In this document: in pieces, positions 25,961 through 34,515 of the stretch
Position numbering within the stretch: position 1 is the stretch's first letter
How the letters are laid out: the number at the start of each line of letters is the position of its first letter
NCBI GenBank assembly: GCA_965223845.1
Contig: CBDCXR010000004.1
Span: forward strand, 6,560,001-6,624,000
DNA from: Planctomycetota bacterium
Lineage (GTDB): Bacteria > Planctomycetota > UBA8108 > SXIK01
DNA: 64,000 nt
Reading direction: 5' to 3'
Notes under the pieces: generated by a model
The model's database searches: none
Seen by the model: only the letters and a program-made list of their open reading frames with translations
Told to the model about the DNA's origin: nothing
Translations under genes and position numbers: made by a program

Positions 25961-28630
25961 CTACGGACAATTCTCGAACGACTGACAACCGAGTGCGTCC
26001 GCGGTCGGATCCACGCCGCACAGCGGGAACGGCGACTGCGGTTCACCGCCGTCACCGAAGAGATGGTTCAGCTCGTAGATCGCGTCGGCGATGTTGACCG
26101 CGCCGTCGTCGTTCACATCGGCCGAGTCGTCGCACTCCGGCGGTGGTGCGTCCGCGCCGAAGAGCGAGTTGAGAAGAAAGATCGCGTCGGCGATGTTCGG
26201 CGCACCATCGTCGTTGATATCACCGCGCACGAATCTCGGATCCGGGGGACTGCCGCAGTCCGGCGAGCCCTCGAACGGACCCTCGACGATGCAGATGTTG
26301 TCGAATCGCACGATCTGCGTGTTCAAGTAGGCCCAGAACCCGACGAAGCCGCTTCGCCGGTATTCGTCCTCGACCTCGACGACGAGCTCGTCGTCGCCGA
26401 AGAGTCGAATCGTCGGGCCATCGATCTCGATGCGCCACACACCCGGTGGCTCCGCGAACAGCTCGCCGCTCCCGCCGAGAAGCGGGATCGGAGTGAGCGG
26501 CCAGTGGTGGAGGCCGAGGCCGAAGTCGACCTCCCGGTCGATCCACCAAACGTCGTACGACTCGGAATCCCAGCGCGAGATCGGCTCAGCCGAAAAGAAA
26601 AAGATCGACGCGTGCTTTCCGACGGCATCCGTCGGCGGGTTGTGCCCGACGAACTCGATCTCGAACTCGATCGTGAGATCGCCGGCGAAGAGGACGGGGG
26701 GATCGCCGATCCAGATGTGGGTTTCCGCGCCTTCGGTCGCGACTTCGAGCGCACCGTCTTCGGTGATCGACCAGCGATCGTCCATCGGGGTCCACCCGGG
26801 GATCTCGGTTCCGGCCGGAATGTCCGAGAAGTCTTCGAAGAACGGGAGCTCCGCTCGTCCCGACACGGACACTAGGATCTCGATGGCGACCGGATCGCCG
26901 CCCGAATGCTCGATCGTGAGCGTCGCCGTGTAGTTTCCGGCGAACTCGTAGGCGTGATCGGCGCTCTCGCCTTCGGCGGACTCCCCGTCGCCGAAGTCCC
27001 AGCGGTACGCGGTGACGTCGACTCCGTCGGCGATCTGCGAACAAGCTGCACTGAACGTGATGGTTTCGCCTTCCGCGACCGAGCCCGGCGTCGCCGTCGC
27101 GCAGGGAACGACCGGCACGGGTTGCTCGGGTGGATGGACCCCCTCGCGCACGCGGAAGTTGTCGAAGAGGATGTCTTGTCCGTTGCTGTACGCCCACAGT
27201 CCGACGTGACCTTCGCGCGGGACGACATCGTCGTCGACTTGGAAGACGAGGATGCCGTCACCGTAGGCCGTGATCTGCGGGCCCTCCACGGTGATCGTCC
27301 AGCGCCGCGGCGGCTCCGTGATCGCCGGTGCGGTGTTCTTGCTCACCGCGAGCTCGACGAGTCCGCCCCCGGTCCACCGGTGGAGTCCCATCCCGAAGTC
27401 GCTGTCGCGGTCGATCCACCAGAGCGAGTATCCCGTCGTGTTCCAGCGGGAGATCGGATCGGCGTTGAAGAAGAAGAGGCTCGCGTGACGGCCGACTCCG
27501 TCGGCGGGGCTGGCGAGAAACTCGATGTCGAAATCGATCGTGACCTCCTCGCCGATGAAGGGCGAAGACGGGTCGCCGACGTAGATGTGCGATTCGGTGG
27601 TGCTCTGCGTACGGAGCTGACCGTCTTCGTTGATCATCCACTCGCCGCTGAACTCCGTCCAACCGGTGACCTCGCCCGCCGCGCGGTCGAAGTCGTCTTC
27701 GAACTCGGTGAGGATGGTCGTGATGCCGATCGAGCTCTCGATGGTCTCGGAGTTTCCCTGATCGTCCGTCACCGTGAGGCTTACGACGTAGTTGTCCGGA
27801 AACGCAAACGAGTGCTCGACGACTTCGCCACTCGCCGTATCCCCGTCGCCGAAGTCCCAGTCGTAGCTGGTGATCATTCCGCCGTTCACCTGCGTGCAGG
27901 ACGCATCGAACGTGACGGGCGTGTCGACACCCGCGGTGGCCTGCGCCGTGAAGCACGCGACGAGCGGATCCGCCGCGACGGTGAATTCGACGTTTTCGAA
28001 ATCGACCTCCTGATTGGCGCCGCTCCATGTCCAGAGGCCGAAATGACCTCCGCGGTACCTCGAGTCGTCGAATTCGATCGCGAGCGCGCCATCGGCGAAG
28101 ACTCGAATCGTGGGGCCGGTGATCTCGACGGTGAGCGAGTCGGGCGGCCCCTCGTCCGGTCCGGCCGTGCCGAGGACGAGGTGGTTGAATCCCCCCGCAT
28201 CCCGCCGCGTGAGGTTGAGCCCTCGGTCGGCGCCCCGATCGATCCACCAGACGAGGTAGCCGCTCGAGTTTGAGCGCAAGCCGGGTTGATCCATGCAGAG
28301 AAGAACGCCGGCGTGGCGTCCCACGGGCTGCGAGTCGGGAATGAGGAATTCCCACTCGACCGTGAACGAATGATCTCCGATCGGGAAGGCGGTCGGCGGG
28401 CTGCCGAAATAGACGTGTTGCTCAACCGTCGCCGGACCTGCCTTGAGCGCTCCGTCCGCGATGTTCCACTCGCCAGCCGCGACGGTCCAGTCGTCCCCGT
28501 CGATCGCTCCGTTCGCGCGATCGAAGTCGTCCGTAAAGTCCTGCGCCGGGAGCGGGACGGCCGCAATGGCCGCGATCCACCCGGCCCAAAGGAAAACCCC
28601 GCGCCCGAGGATCGATCGAAATCCCATCAT
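25961..28630 (-). CDS. Secreted protein: 3 GRHxG/WIDR domains, 2 PKD domains, dockerin
   Basis: Signal peptide (LPA-Q); WDFGDG twice; three WWIDR repeats; FVRGDINDDGAPNIADAI. Confidence 0.88.
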   Translation of the reverse strand: MMGFRSILGRGVFLWAGWIAAIAAVPLPAQDFTDDFDRANGAIDGDDWTVAAGEWNIADGALKAGPATVEQHVYFGSPPTAFPIGDHSFTVEWEFLIPDSQPVGRHAGVLLCMDQPGLRSNSSGYLVWWIDRGADRGLNLTRRDAGGFNHLVLGTAGPDEGPPDSLTVEITGPTIRVFADGALAIEFDDSRYRGGHFGLWTWSGANQEVDFENVEFTVAADPLVACFTAQATAGVDTPVTFDASCTQVNGGMITSYDWDFGDGDTASGEVVEHSFAFPDNYVVSLTVTDDQGNSETIESSIGITTILTEFEDDFDRAAGEVTGWTEFSGEWMINEDGQLRTQSTTESHIYVGDPSSPFIGEEVTIDFDIEFLASPADGVGRHASLFFFNADPISRWNTTGYSLWWIDRDSDFGMGLHRWTGGGLVELAVSKNTAPAITEPPRRWTITVEGPQITAYGDGILVFQVDDDVVPREGHVGLWAYSNGQDILFDNFRVREGVHPPEQPVPVVPCATATPGSVAEGETITFSAACSQIADGVDVTAYRWDFGDGESAEGESADHAYEFAGNYTATLTIEHSGGDPVAIEILVSVSGRAELPFFEDFSDIPAGTEIPGWTPMDDRWSITEDGALEVATEGAETHIWIGDPPVLFAGDLTIEFEIEFVGHNPPTDAVGKHASIFFFSAEPISRWDSESYDVWWIDREVDFGLGLHHWPLTPIPLLGGSGELFAEPPGVWRIEIDGPTIRLFGDDELVVEVEDEYRRSGFVGFWAYLNTQIVRFDNICIVEGPFEGSPDCGSPPDPRFVRGDINDDGAPNIADAIFLLNSLFGADAPPPECDDSADVNDDGAVNIADAIYELNHLFGDGGEPQSPFPLCGVDPTADALGCQSFENCP

Positions 28631-28709
28631 CTCAGAACCCTTTCACGATTCGCGTCCTGAACCAAGCGCTGAACTCCCTCACGCCTCGAACTCCTACCCA
28701 CAAAACCCA

Positions 28710-28806
28710 TCTACTCTTCCCTCTCTACTCCTCTCTCTCTCTCTCTCTCTCTCCCCCCCTTCGTCTTCCTTCGCGTCCCCTTCGCGACCTTCGTGTAAAT
28801 CTCTTC
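28710..28806 (-). repeat. CGAAG-array arm 3 (28759-28806, minus strand), unpaired, with (CT)n tract
   Basis: Reverse complement gaagagatttACACGAAGgtcgCGAAGgggacgCGAAGgaagaCGAAG, about 15 nt after the CotH gene stop. Confidence 0.85.
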
Positions 28807-28820
28807 TCAAGGGCAACGCA

Positions 28821-31800
28821 TCAACCCCCAAACTCGACCCCCGTCGCGCAGTCTAGGCTCCCGTCTCCCGTCGGATCGAGGCCGATGTCGGCCGTCGGTT
28901 CCGGCGGTGGAGGACCATCGCCGAACAGATAGTTGAGAACGTACAGAGCGTCGGCGATGTTCGCGCCTTCGTCGTCGTTCGCATCGAGCGCGTCGAGACA
29001 CGTGACGGATTTGTCTTCGAAGAGATGGAGGAGGATCGTGAGGGCGTCGCTGATGTCGACTCCGAGATCGAGATTCGCGTCGCCGCGAATGAAGAACGAC
29101 GAAGTTTCGACGGTGAAGGGGAGGGCGTTCGACGAAACGCCCGCCGAGCTCATGACGACGACATCGACGACCCCGGCCGAAATACGCGGGACCTTGACCT
29201 CGAGCCTCGTCGGCGAAACGAAAAGGATCTCCTCCGCAGCAATGCCCCCGAAGAGGACATTGCTCGAAGGCTCGAAATTCTCGCCCGTGAGCGTCGCGGC
29301 GGATGTCGGCGGACCCGACCCGGGATCGAGTGACGTCAACACCGGTTCGGGAAACTCGAACGTACTCGTCACGTCGATCGTGTCGAGGGCGATGAACTCG
29401 CCGGAGTAGTCGAACGCGAGCAGCGCGAGCTCGTTGACCCCGGTCTGCAGCGGGATCTCCGCGCGCCAGTCGGTCATCCCCGTCCACTCGAGGTCGAGCG
29501 CGTCTTCGTGTCCGTCCACCGCGATCGCCCGGATGTTCACCCAGCCGTCTCCCGCGAGGGTCACGGTCGGTTCGTCGACCGTCATCGGGTTCCCTCCGTT
29601 CGTCGTGATCTGGAAGTCGACCTCGCTCGGAAGTCTCCCGCGCGCGAAGTTGTGTCGCGCACCGATGTAGTCGTAGATCCGATTGAACGTCGAAAGCTCG
29701 CCGACCATCGTGCCGTAGTGATTGATCCAGTGCTGCATGTAGGGCCGGTTGTAGGTGGTCTCGAGCATGTCGTGGAGGTGACCGTAGAAGACGCGCTGAT
29801 ACGGCACGGCCGAGAACAACTTCGAGAGGTTTTCTCCGCCCCAGAGTGCGTGCGACGAGCTGCGCGACCACGCGAAATCTTGGTCCCACGCGAAGAGAAC
29901 GAAGCGTTCGTCCTCAGGGCGCATGTACCACATGAGGTTGTGAGCGTTGCTCCCGAGGATGTACGTGTCGTTCGCGCCGACGAGCGAGTGCGCGACGTAC
30001 ATGCGGATTGCCTCGTCCGTGTCGAGCAGGCCTTCGATTCGATTTAGAAAGCTCGACCCCGACGAGCCCATCACCTGAGCGAGCTCCATCAGGCGGTCGT
30101 AGCTGTCACGCGTTCGCTGGCTCTCGAGGATGAAGTTGTAGCGGTACGCTTCCTTGTCGCCTCCGAGATTGCGAAGATCCGTGCCGATGACGCCGTCGGG
30201 GAGCGGGCGTTTCGGGCTCTCCGGATCGCCGTCGGTCGTCGTCGTCGGATGGTAGATCAGCTCCATCTTGTAGACGATGCCGTCGCTTCCATCGGCGTAC
30301 ATCGAGTCGAGAAAGTCGCTGTTGTACTTGGCCATCTGGAACAGCGTGTGCCCGGTTTGGGCGCTCCGCGGCGCGATCAGCCAGCCGATGTCGTCGTACA
30401 TGCTCGGAAGGTTCCCCGCAGCGTTGACGAGGTGCTTGAAGATGATCTCGTCCTGTCCCGTGGGCCCGTTTCCGATTCCCCAGCCGCCCGAGCGGTCGAG
30501 CGACACCGACCGGTGGAGCCCACGAAACGGTTTCGCGCGGTGAAAGCGCGCGCTGAAGCTCACTCGCGCACCGCCCGGCCGTCCGCGCTCGCTTCCCTTC
30601 AGACGGACGCCGACGTCGTAGAAAGCTTCGCTCTCGCGGTAGATCACCGTCCCGCCGAGCCGCTCGTTGCTCATGACATTGAGGTCGTTGTGCATGAAGC
30701 TCGTCTCGGCCGAGGTCATCAGGATGCGGAAATTGTGAGGCGCACCGCCGCGACTCTGGCCGTCGTTCACGCGGTAGAGAGCGCGCGAGTCTCGACCCGC
30801 GGCGGGGAACGTCGCCGTCGCGCCGCGCGTGTCTTCCCCCTCGACGTAAAACTGCACGAGTCGGGACGCGCTTTGCCCGGGGATGGTCGCGCGGTAAGTC
30901 GAGCCCGACGCGGCCATCGCGACTCGCTGCCACCCGCCGGTATCGACGCGGTACCAGAGGTCGACGGACGCGACTCCGTCGGGATCTGCGGCTTCGACGG
31001 AGACCTGCACCGGCGATCCCGATCCCGGAACGGCCGGAGCGTGCCCGAAGCTCGTAAAGGTCGGGCCGAGGTTTGCCTCGAATACGGAGTTCTCGCGCCC
31101 GGGCGTTCCCGCGGTATCGGGGACCTCGACGAGGGTTGTGAGCGGCGAGCGATTGAAGTAGAGCCGCGTGTTCAATTGGTTCGACCCGGCCAGCCACCTC
31201 GCGCGGAAGCTGATCTCGTACTCGCGACCGTTCTGAACTGCGATTCCGTCACGCAGCGTCGTCTCGAGATGGTTGTGCATGTGCTCGGTCGGCCCCGTCG
31301 CGACGATGTGGAGGACTTCGTTCGACGGATCGTCCGGATCGGGAACGACTCGGCTGTGCCGGTGATTCCCGATGATGCGCCACGCCGTCGCGCCGCTCGA
31401 GAACGTCCCGTTTTGGAGGAGCGAGCGATTCGCGCCGTCCGGCTCCTCGACGACGCGGATGTCGTCGACGAGGATTTCGCCGGCCTCGAGGAGTCCGACG
31501 ACGAACTCGCGCCACTGAGTCGGCCCTACGTTCGCCGCGGCGACCTTGCGGTAGCGGTACTGTTTCCATCCCATCCGTTCGGTCTCATCGCTCGCCGCCC
31601 AGGCTTCCGCGCGCCGATTGTCGGCGTTCGGGTTCCTGAGCTCGAGCGACGAGCCACCGCCGTCCGCGAGGTGCGGCCAGTAGCCATCGTCGAAGTACTC
31701 GACTTCGTCGACGGGGTTGCGGTTCGCGTCTTCGAGCTCGACGACATCACTCGCGTTTGACAGCGTTCCGGTGAAGTCGCCGACGACGGTGACACCCGGG

Positions 31801-34274
31801 TGTCTCCCGGCGAAGCGTTCGGCGTCCTCCGCGACGACGAGGTAGTCGCGCGCGGCGATGCTCGTCCCGGGGGGGAAGTCGAAGTTGATTCCGCGATCGA
31901 GCCGCCAACCCGTCAAATCGACCGCCTGGTCCGAATTGTTGTAGAGCTCGAGCCAGGAGTCCGGAGACTCGCGGAATGGATGGCCGGGATCGACGAGCAC
32001 GCCCGCGTAGAGCTCGAGTCCGAAGACGACATCGCTGCTCGCAGTCGTCGATTGATGGACCTCTACGGCGAGGACGTTCGTCCCTCGAACGAGCGCGCTC
32101 GTATCGATCGCAACCGGACCGACGAACACGGCGTTCGAGACCGCCGGAGAGGCGCGTGTCGTCTCGTCGAAGGCGCCCGTCGGCATGTTGAATCGCAGCA
32201 CCTCGGCGCCGTTCAGGTAGAACACGGCACCGTCGTCGATGACGTGTCGAATCCGCAGCACCGCTCCCTCGAGCTCGTCGGTGAACTCGAACTCGCGACG
32301 GAAATAGAACGTCGTGGGGCCGAGCTCGATCTCGGTGTTCTTGGGGGCGGGGAGATCGGAAGACTCGCGATAGATCAGCGCGGGGCCGAAGGGCCAGTCG
32401 CCATGATCGAAGCTCGCGTCCTTCCACGTGGACGGCTGCGGATCTCCGGAGGCGTCGTAGCGCCACACCGATTCGATACCGAGAAGAATGCTCTCATCGA
32501 AGACCGGCGGCTTGGCCGGTTCCGGACGGGGATGATAGTGAATCTCGTTGATGACGATGTCGTCACGAAACGCGAATCGATTCTCTTCGCCGGGCGACGG
32601 TTCGTTCGGAAGAAAGAAGCGCCCGGTCCCCTCGGGTGAACGTGCGCGAAGCGTCTCTCGGATCGCCGCGGCGTCGACGACGCCCGCACGGTCCGCGGAG
32701 TAGAGAAAGAGCTTGTCCGGGGGGACGAGCGCGAACCCGAGCTCTACTTCGTCGACGACTAGGTACCCACCCGGGAGAATCGTCTCCGCTCCAAACTCGA
32801 ACGGAGCCGCGCCGTCCGCAGAGGTCGCGAGGACGAAGCCTTCGAGATCGATGGGAGCCGCGCCGAGGTTGACGAGTTCGACCCACGAAGCGCCGACACC
32901 GGGCTGGATTTCGTTGATGGCGAGCGGGGTGGACTCGATCGGCGCTCGCTCCGTCGAAAAGTAATCCTCACCCGCAGCGGCCCGCGCGGCGTGCGATGCG
33001 ACGGTCGCCGCTCCGATGGCCCGATTCCAAAACGCGATCTCGTCGAGAGTTCCCGTGAACGCCTGCCGGCGCCCGCTCATGTTGCCGAGATACGCGGAGG
33101 TGGCGCCGCCACTCGTGACCTTCGCTCCCGCGCGGAGATCGACGCGGGCGATCTCTGCGCCGTCGAGGTAGACGATCTTCGCGCCGCTCGTCGAGTCGTA
33201 GGTCGCCGCGATGTGATGCGCGGTGCCGTCCTTCAGCTCGGCGAGCGTCGGTCTTCCGTTCTCACCGTCGAGGAGAATGTCGAGCTCGCTGTACTCCCCG
33301 TCGACGTTGAGGCCGAAGGAGAGGACCGGTCCCGCGGCCGCCAGAGGAGGGTTCGAGCGGCCGTCGTCGTTTCCGTCGTTTTGAAACCCGAGCACGATGC
33401 GATCGCTGCCGTCCTCCTTGCGGAAGATCATGTCTTGGTCGTCGACCGCGCCCGACCACTCGAGGACGAAGAGCGCTTCGATCGTGATGCCGTCGCGGAC
33501 ATCGAAGCTGCTGCCGGCGCCGACGTTCACGAACGCGTCGACGGAATCGTCGAACGCGAGCGCCCCCGCGCCGACGAGTCCCGCGACGCGGTCCGTTGTC
33601 GAGCCGCGGGTCCCCGTGTTGGCTCCGACGGGATCCGTCACGTCGCTCCCGTCACCGTCGAGTGCCCAGTACGCGACGAGCCCCGCGGGGAACCCCGGTC
33701 CCGCCGGTGTCTCGTCGGGAAAGTTGACGGCTCCAGGCGTTCCGCCGATCTGCTCGCTCGCACGCCAATACTGCGGCCCTTCGCGCACCGAGCCGGGATC
33801 GATGCGCGCGAGGCTCGTCCCGGATCCGTCGGGCGAAACCGGCCAACGCCCGGCGTCGAAGTAGCGAACGGAGTCCATGACGCGTCCGCCGACGGCGACG
33901 AGATCGATGCGCTCGCCGCCGTTGTCGAGTCGGCCGAGGTACGGCCCGAAGAGCGCCTCCGGGTCGACGACGTCCGCGAGACTCGTCGGATCGCTTCCGA
34001 CGACGATGTAGCCGCCGCCCGGGATGATCGTTCCCTCGGGGAACGCGAAGTCGATTCCGCCGGTGAGCGACCAGCCGGAGATGTCGACGTCGACCGCCAT
34101 CTGGCTGTGCAGCTCGACCCATTCGTTCGCCGCCTCGTCGGTCGCCGGGTGGTACATGAGCTCGGTGAAGACGACGACGGTATCGGCGCGGAGTGACGGC
34201 GCGAAGAGCGAGACTGCGAGCGCCGCGGCCACGACGAGGCGGGCCGGGCGGAGCTCGGGAGCGGTGCGGTTCAT
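28821..34274 (-). CDS. Second secreted lamin-tail/LamG/CotH kinase protein with IPT/TIG-like domain and dockerin
   Basis: Colinear paralog of 20584-25767; VGVRLKGS, NAHNLMWY, AWDQDFAW; PVLTSLDP.SG...TLTGENF (IPT-like); FIRGDANLD dockerin; start at ATG 34274. Confidence 0.9.
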   Translation of the reverse strand: MNRTAPELRPARLVVAAALAVSLFAPSLRADTVVVFTELMYHPATDEAANEWVELHSQMAVDVDISGWSLTGGIDFAFPEGTIIPGGGYIVVGSDPTSLADVVDPEALFGPYLGRLDNGGERIDLVAVGGRVMDSVRYFDAGRWPVSPDGSGTSLARIDPGSVREGPQYWRASEQIGGTPGAVNFPDETPAGPGFPAGLVAYWALDGDGSDVTDPVGANTGTRGSTTDRVAGLVGAGALAFDDSVDAFVNVGAGSSFDVRDGITIEALFVLEWSGAVDDQDMIFRKEDGSDRIVLGFQNDGNDDGRSNPPLAAAGPVLSFGLNVDGEYSELDILLDGENGRPTLAELKDGTAHHIAATYDSTSGAKIVYLDGAEIARVDLRAGAKVTSGGATSAYLGNMSGRRQAFTGTLDEIAFWNRAIGAATVASHAARAAAGEDYFSTERAPIESTPLAINEIQPGVGASWVELVNLGAAPIDLEGFVLATSADGAAPFEFGAETILPGGYLVVDEVELGFALVPPDKLFLYSADRAGVVDAAAIRETLRARSPEGTGRFFLPNEPSPGEENRFAFRDDIVINEIHYHPRPEPAKPPVFDESILLGIESVWRYDASGDPQPSTWKDASFDHGDWPFGPALIYRESSDLPAPKNTEIELGPTTFYFRREFEFTDELEGAVLRIRHVIDDGAVFYLNGAEVLRFNMPTGAFDETTRASPAVSNAVFVGPVAIDTSALVRGTNVLAVEVHQSTTASSDVVFGLELYAGVLVDPGHPFRESPDSWLELYNNSDQAVDLTGWRLDRGINFDFPPGTSIAARDYLVVAEDAERFAGRHPGVTVVGDFTGTLSNASDVVELEDANRNPVDEVEYFDDGYWPHLADGGGSSLELRNPNADNRRAEAWAASDETERMGWKQYRYRKVAAANVGPTQWREFVVGLLEAGEILVDDIRVVEEPDGANRSLLQNGTFSSGATAWRIIGNHRHSRVVPDPDDPSNEVLHIVATGPTEHMHNHLETTLRDGIAVQNGREYEISFRARWLAGSNQLNTRLYFNRSPLTTLVEVPDTAGTPGRENSVFEANLGPTFTSFGHAPAVPGSGSPVQVSVEAADPDGVASVDLWYRVDTGGWQRVAMAASGSTYRATIPGQSASRLVQFYVEGEDTRGATATFPAAGRDSRALYRVNDGQSRGGAPHNFRILMTSAETSFMHNDLNVMSNERLGGTVIYRESEAFYDVGVRLKGSERGRPGGARVSFSARFHRAKPFRGLHRSVSLDRSGGWGIGNGPTGQDEIIFKHLVNAAGNLPSMYDDIGWLIAPRSAQTGHTLFQMAKYNSDFLDSMYADGSDGIVYKMELIYHPTTTTDGDPESPKRPLPDGVIGTDLRNLGGDKEAYRYNFILESQRTRDSYDRLMELAQVMGSSGSSFLNRIEGLLDTDEAIRMYVAHSLVGANDTYILGSNAHNLMWYMRPEDERFVLFAWDQDFAWSRSSSHALWGGENLSKLFSAVPYQRVFYGHLHDMLETTYNRPYMQHWINHYGTMVGELSTFNRIYDYIGARHNFARGRLPSEVDFQITTNGGNPMTVDEPTVTLAGDGWVNIRAIAVDGHEDALDLEWTGMTDWRAEIPLQTGVNELALLAFDYSGEFIALDTIDVTSTFEFPEPVLTSLDPGSGPPTSAATLTGENFEPSSNVLFGGIAAEEILFVSPTRLEVKVPRISAGVVDVVVMSSAGVSSNALPFTVETSSFFIRGDANLDLGVDISDALTILLHLFEDKSVTCLDALDANDDEGANIADALYVLNYLFGDGPPPPEPTADIGLDPTGDGSLDCATGVEFGG

Positions 34275-34468
34275 GGACGAGATCCGAAGGGGGTGCGACG
34301 GTGCGCCGGGAGTTTCCCGGGCGACGGAACCATTTTGGATCGTGAACCGACGATCAGTCCACCTCTTCACGGGGGTGGATCCCGCCGGTCTGGTGTGGCC
34401 GAGGTCGGGGGCTGTTCGTGTGGGCGTCCACCCCCGCCGGCCGCGGGGAGAGTCGGTCGGCCTCCGCT

Positions 34469-34509
34469 TGACCGATTTTTGACATTCTTCCCCGCACGCG
34501 CCGTAGAGT
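34469..34509 (+). promoter_or_regulatory. Two TGAC half-sites 11 bp apart plus a -10-like TAGAGT upstream of the sensor kinase
   Basis: TGACC at 34469, TGACA at 34480; TGACATTCTT is identical to 37299-37308; TAGAGT ends 6 nt before the ATG. Confidence 0.55.
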
Positions 34510-34515
34510 GGCGGT

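Noticed and set aside
25768-26055. Long N-terminal ORF extensions overlapping neighbours (also 20429-20587, 34275-34811, 57699-57935, 905-1306)
   Set aside because: Downstream starts give signal peptides, several with a clear RBS; extensions are open by chance
14700-34274. Repeated domains as diversity-generating retroelement template/variable repeats
   Set aside because: No reverse transcriptase; copies diverge throughout rather than at adenines
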